From NCBI GenBank assembly GCA_963728565.1, contig CAVSLC010000010.1, positions 267,978-331,977 of the forward strand: DNA of 64,000 nt, written 5' to 3'. Origin of the DNA: an uncultured delta proteobacterium (GTDB taxonomy: Bacteria; Desulfobacterota; Binatia; UBA9968). Each line of letters opens with the position of its first letter. Position 1 is the stretch's first letter. Under the pieces are notes generated by a model, which had not been told where the DNA came from, made no database searches, and was given only the letters and a program-made list of their open reading frames with translations. The position numbers and the translations under genes are program-made. Positions 61,456 to 64,000 of this stretch are shown here, one piece after another.

Positions 61456-62385
61456 TCAGAATCCGAGTTTCTGTGCGTTCAAATAATAAATTTTCTGTTT
61501 ATCACTGTCTGGAATATCGAGCTTCGACATCGCCGCTAAAGTCATCGGATAGAACTGATCGTCGCGGCCGCCTCTCCCGTGCGGGTAATCGGCGCCGAAC
61601 AGGATCTGGTCGGGACCGACGGTGTCGTAGACGAGCTTGATGAATTCGGCGCGGATCGGACCGGCGGTATCGTAGTAGATCTTTGTAAAGTATTCCTCCG
61701 GCTCCCGCCGGCACTCTACATTTCCCTCGCGCCAGTTGAGCCGGTCGAGGTAAAGCAGAATCATGCCGCCAAGATGCGAGGCAATGAGCTTGATGGCCGG
61801 ATAGCGATCGAATACACCGCTATAAACGATGCGCGATATCGCCAGAGAGCTGTCGGTGGGCCAGAGGAGCTTCTGGTGCAGCGAATATTTGTTCCAATTG
61901 GTTTGGCATGGCGCATTGGCCGGATGAAGAAACAGCGGTTTTCCACCTGCCGCGAGCGCGTCCCAGAAGGGTTTGAATTCCGGCTCGTCGAGGTATTTTC
62001 CGGCCAGATTGGTCGACAGGATCACGCCATGCATCTTGAGATCGCGGTAACACCGTTCGAGCTCCCGCACACAATCATCAAGGTTGACCATCGGCAAACG
62101 GGCAAACGCTTTGAAGCGGCGCGGGTGCTTTGCGTGGGCTTCGGCAAATGCGTCGTTGATGATGGTGCACAGCTCCAGCGCCTTGCGCCGGTCGCCTCCG
62201 TGTTCGATTCGCCCGCCGGTATTGGAGAGCACGCCGACATCGATGCCGTGTTGATCCATCACATTGAGGTATTCCTGATGGTCAAAGCCGTGGAATCCCA
62301 CTCCGCGAACGTCGCTTTGTGATTGCTCGGGCACGAGTTCGAGAAATTTCTTTGGAAAGGCATGAAAGTGCGTATCGATAATCAT
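61456..62385 (-). CDS. Amidohydrolase-2 family protein (ACMSD/LigW-like decarboxylase or hydratase)
   Basis: IDTHFH, LFLHP, SHLGG, YYDT and LFGADYPH. Confidence 0.88.
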   Translation of the reverse strand: MIIDTHFHAFPKKFLELVPEQSQSDVRGVGFHGFDHQEYLNVMDQHGIDVGVLSNTGGRIEHGGDRRKALELCTIINDAFAEAHAKHPRRFKAFARLPMVNLDDCVRELERCYRDLKMHGVILSTNLAGKYLDEPEFKPFWDALAAGGKPLFLHPANAPCQTNWNKYSLHQKLLWPTDSSLAISRIVYSGVFDRYPAIKLIASHLGGMILLYLDRLNWREGNVECRREPEEYFTKIYYDTAGPIRAEFIKLVYDTVGPDQILFGADYPHGRGGRDDQFYPMTLAAMSKLDIPDSDKQKIYYLNAQKLGF

Positions 62386-62597
62386 GCGGCCTCCTCCAGC
62401 TAGCTAACTGCCGGCGCGACGCAGAGTGAAAAGTTATTCCAGTAAAGGTTTATATGGCCGCTTATCGCATAGCGTAGGCGGGTGTCAACCGATGTGCCCG
62501 CGCATCCAATTGCTAAGATGCGGCGCTAAACCACTTTGAGAGAAGAAGTCGCTCTATGTCGGGGAGTCCAAAAAATTCTTGCGATCAATCAGCAATG

Positions 62598-62626
62598 TTG
62601 CCGCCGCGGCTCTCAGGTGGTACAAG
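62598..62626 (+). promoter_or_regulatory. Candidate sigma70 promoter for the GST gene
   Basis: TTGCCG-17 nt-TACAAG with an extended -10 TG. Confidence 0.4.
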
Positions 62627-62648
62627 GCCATCAGATGGAGGTGACGTC

Positions 62649-63209
62649 ATGAAGCTCTTTTCTTACGGCCCCTGACCCTACGCTCACAGGACAAGGCTTG
62701 TCCTGGCGGAAAAAAAGATTCCCTATGATCTGATCGAATGCGACCTCGGCAACAAGCCCAAAGATCTTCTCGAGTTAAATCCTTACGGCAAAGTTCCTGT
62801 GCTGGTCGATGGTGATGCGGTTGTTTACGAGTCCGCGATTATCGACGAGTACCTGGAAGAACAGTATCCCGAGGCGCCGTTGATGCCCAAAGACCCACTG
62901 GCCCGAGCGCGCATAAGAATTTGGATCGATTACTGCAACACCCGCGTGCAGCGCGCCGCCGGTTATATCGCCCACAACTACAAAGTCGAAGAGTCTGGAA
63001 CGGAGCTTCGAACGTACCTCGAGAATCTGAATCGACAGATGCAAGGGCGAGAGTACATAGCCGATGGATACTCTCTCGCGGATATCACTTACATTCCTTT
63101 CTTCGTCAGACGCGAGCGTTATCAGGTAAGCATTGGTGATGACTTGCCGCACGTCAAAGCTTGGATGGAGCGTTTGCTCGAGCGGCCCGCGGTGCGCGCG
63201 ACGCCGTAA
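62649..63209 (+). CDS. Glutathione S-transferase (omega/Cys-GST-like), probable selenoprotein with Sec at codon 9, 186 aa
   Basis: GGAGGTG RBS, then MKLFSYGP-UGA-PYAHRTRLVLAEKKIPY..LNPYGKVPVL..ESAII.EYL, in frame with track ORF 62799-63209. Confidence 0.85.
62681..62708 (+). promoter_or_regulatory. Putative bacterial SECIS hairpin
   Basis: CGC-TCA-CAGGACAA-GGC-TTGTCCTG-GCG: 8-bp perfect stem with a G-starting loop 19 nt after the UGA at 62673-62675. Confidence 0.7.
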
Positions 63210-63523
63210 TCGGCTGGCGGAGAGTCTCTGAGCTCAAATATCGGGGCTCAGCGGTCAAAGAGGGACTTGTCTGCTAAGTGACAAAAAGCATGCAAACGCG
63301 GTCTCAATGGCTTGATAGTGCCTCCGCGAACTGCAAAAACTGCCTAAGCTGCTGCTTGCATGCAGCAGCTTCATCGATCGAAATATTTTGTATCAATTCG
63401 CTACGGCGGTGCTGTTTGGCAGCGCTAAAGAGCTTCACAGAAGCTGTTTCTAAAGCGCAATTTGCCGCCTTAAGCTAAAGTTTTTGTTGCTTAAGATACA
63501 ATCTTGGTTTAATTTGTCCCGGC

Positions 63524-63880
63524 ATGTCGTGTAATCTGCTTCTGGTTGAAGACAACCCCTTGTCCCGCCGGAACCTGGCAATGTTTCTTCAGCAAGCCGA
63601 ATTCACGGTTCACCAGACCGACAATGGCGAGGCTGCGTTAGAGCTTATTTCCCGGGTCGATTTTGACATCGTCATCTCTGACTTTCGTCTGCCGGGAAAG
63701 GTGAACGGCCTAGATGTCCTAAAGTATCAAAGTTGTAGGGGTTCGGGAAAACGTCTCATTCTCATTACTGCGTTCGGTTCCGAGCAAGCTCAAGCAGAAG
63801 CCGCAGCGGTAGGCGCGCTTTACTTCGAAAAGCCGATCTCTTTGCGCGATCTGCTTGATACAATTCAGTTTACGCATTAA
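63524..63880 (+). CDS. Single-domain response regulator receiver
   Basis: LLVED, DIVISD..LP..NG, LITAFG and EKP. Confidence 0.88.
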   Translation: MSCNLLLVEDNPLSRRNLAMFLQQAEFTVHQTDNGEAALELISRVDFDIVISDFRLPGKVNGLDVLKYQSCRGSGKRLILITAFGSEQAQAEAAAVGALYFEKPISLRDLLDTIQFTH

Positions 63881-64000
63881 CGCGACACTCCGTTGATAGC
63901 CGTGTCAGTTCGCGCCGGTTGGCTGCGTGCAGGGAAACAACTATGTTCGAGACTTTGAGCAACGTTTTTACATCCGAGGGCCTCGAGCCGCACGGCCACT

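Noticed and set aside
62799-63209. Track ORF taken as a 136-aa GST starting at 62799
   Set aside because: It lacks the N-terminal thioredoxin-like half, which is present in frame upstream across the UGA and has its own RBS.
1-64000. tRNA (including selC), rRNA, CRISPR arrays, transposases, and other UGA-readthrough genes
   Set aside because: None recognised by eye. The TGA stops I checked (sufU, globin, receiver, SBP) lack plausible continuations. tRNAscan-SE or Infernal would be needed to exclude small RNAs.

Overview
Chromosomal window from a Gram-negative bacterium, roughly 55% GC by eye. The gene content suggests a deltaproteobacteria-like lineage such as Ca. Binatia/Binatota; this is inference, not verified. 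1-38 kb is core genome: the end of a SUF Fe-S operon (sufD-sufS-sufU, two DUF59/SufT genes, a truncated globin), metF, lysS, a long envelope cluster (lolC/E-lolD-bamA-skp-lpxD-fabZ-lpxA-lpxI-gnnA-like-lpxB-msbA-waaA-lpxK, then LPS core genes including three Kdo/LPS kinases, an ArnT-like transferase and hldA), yicC-gmk-rel, and hldC-rpmB. 38-64 kb is a mosaic of accessory genes: two UbiD decarboxylases, four orphan ABC substrate-binding proteins, hsp20-lon, a PLD/cardiolipin synthase, a rhomboid protease, a USP, a tail-anchored AAA ATPase, an amidohydrolase and a VOC protein. The best finding is a glutathione S-transferase at 62649-63209 with an in-frame UGA exactly at the catalytic Cys (U-P-Y-A), followed by a SECIS-like hairpin. 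It is a probable selenoprotein that the ORF track truncates. About nine genes, several essential, carry single-base frameshifts that look like sequencing or assembly indels. I recognised no rRNA, tRNA, CRISPR array or transposase.
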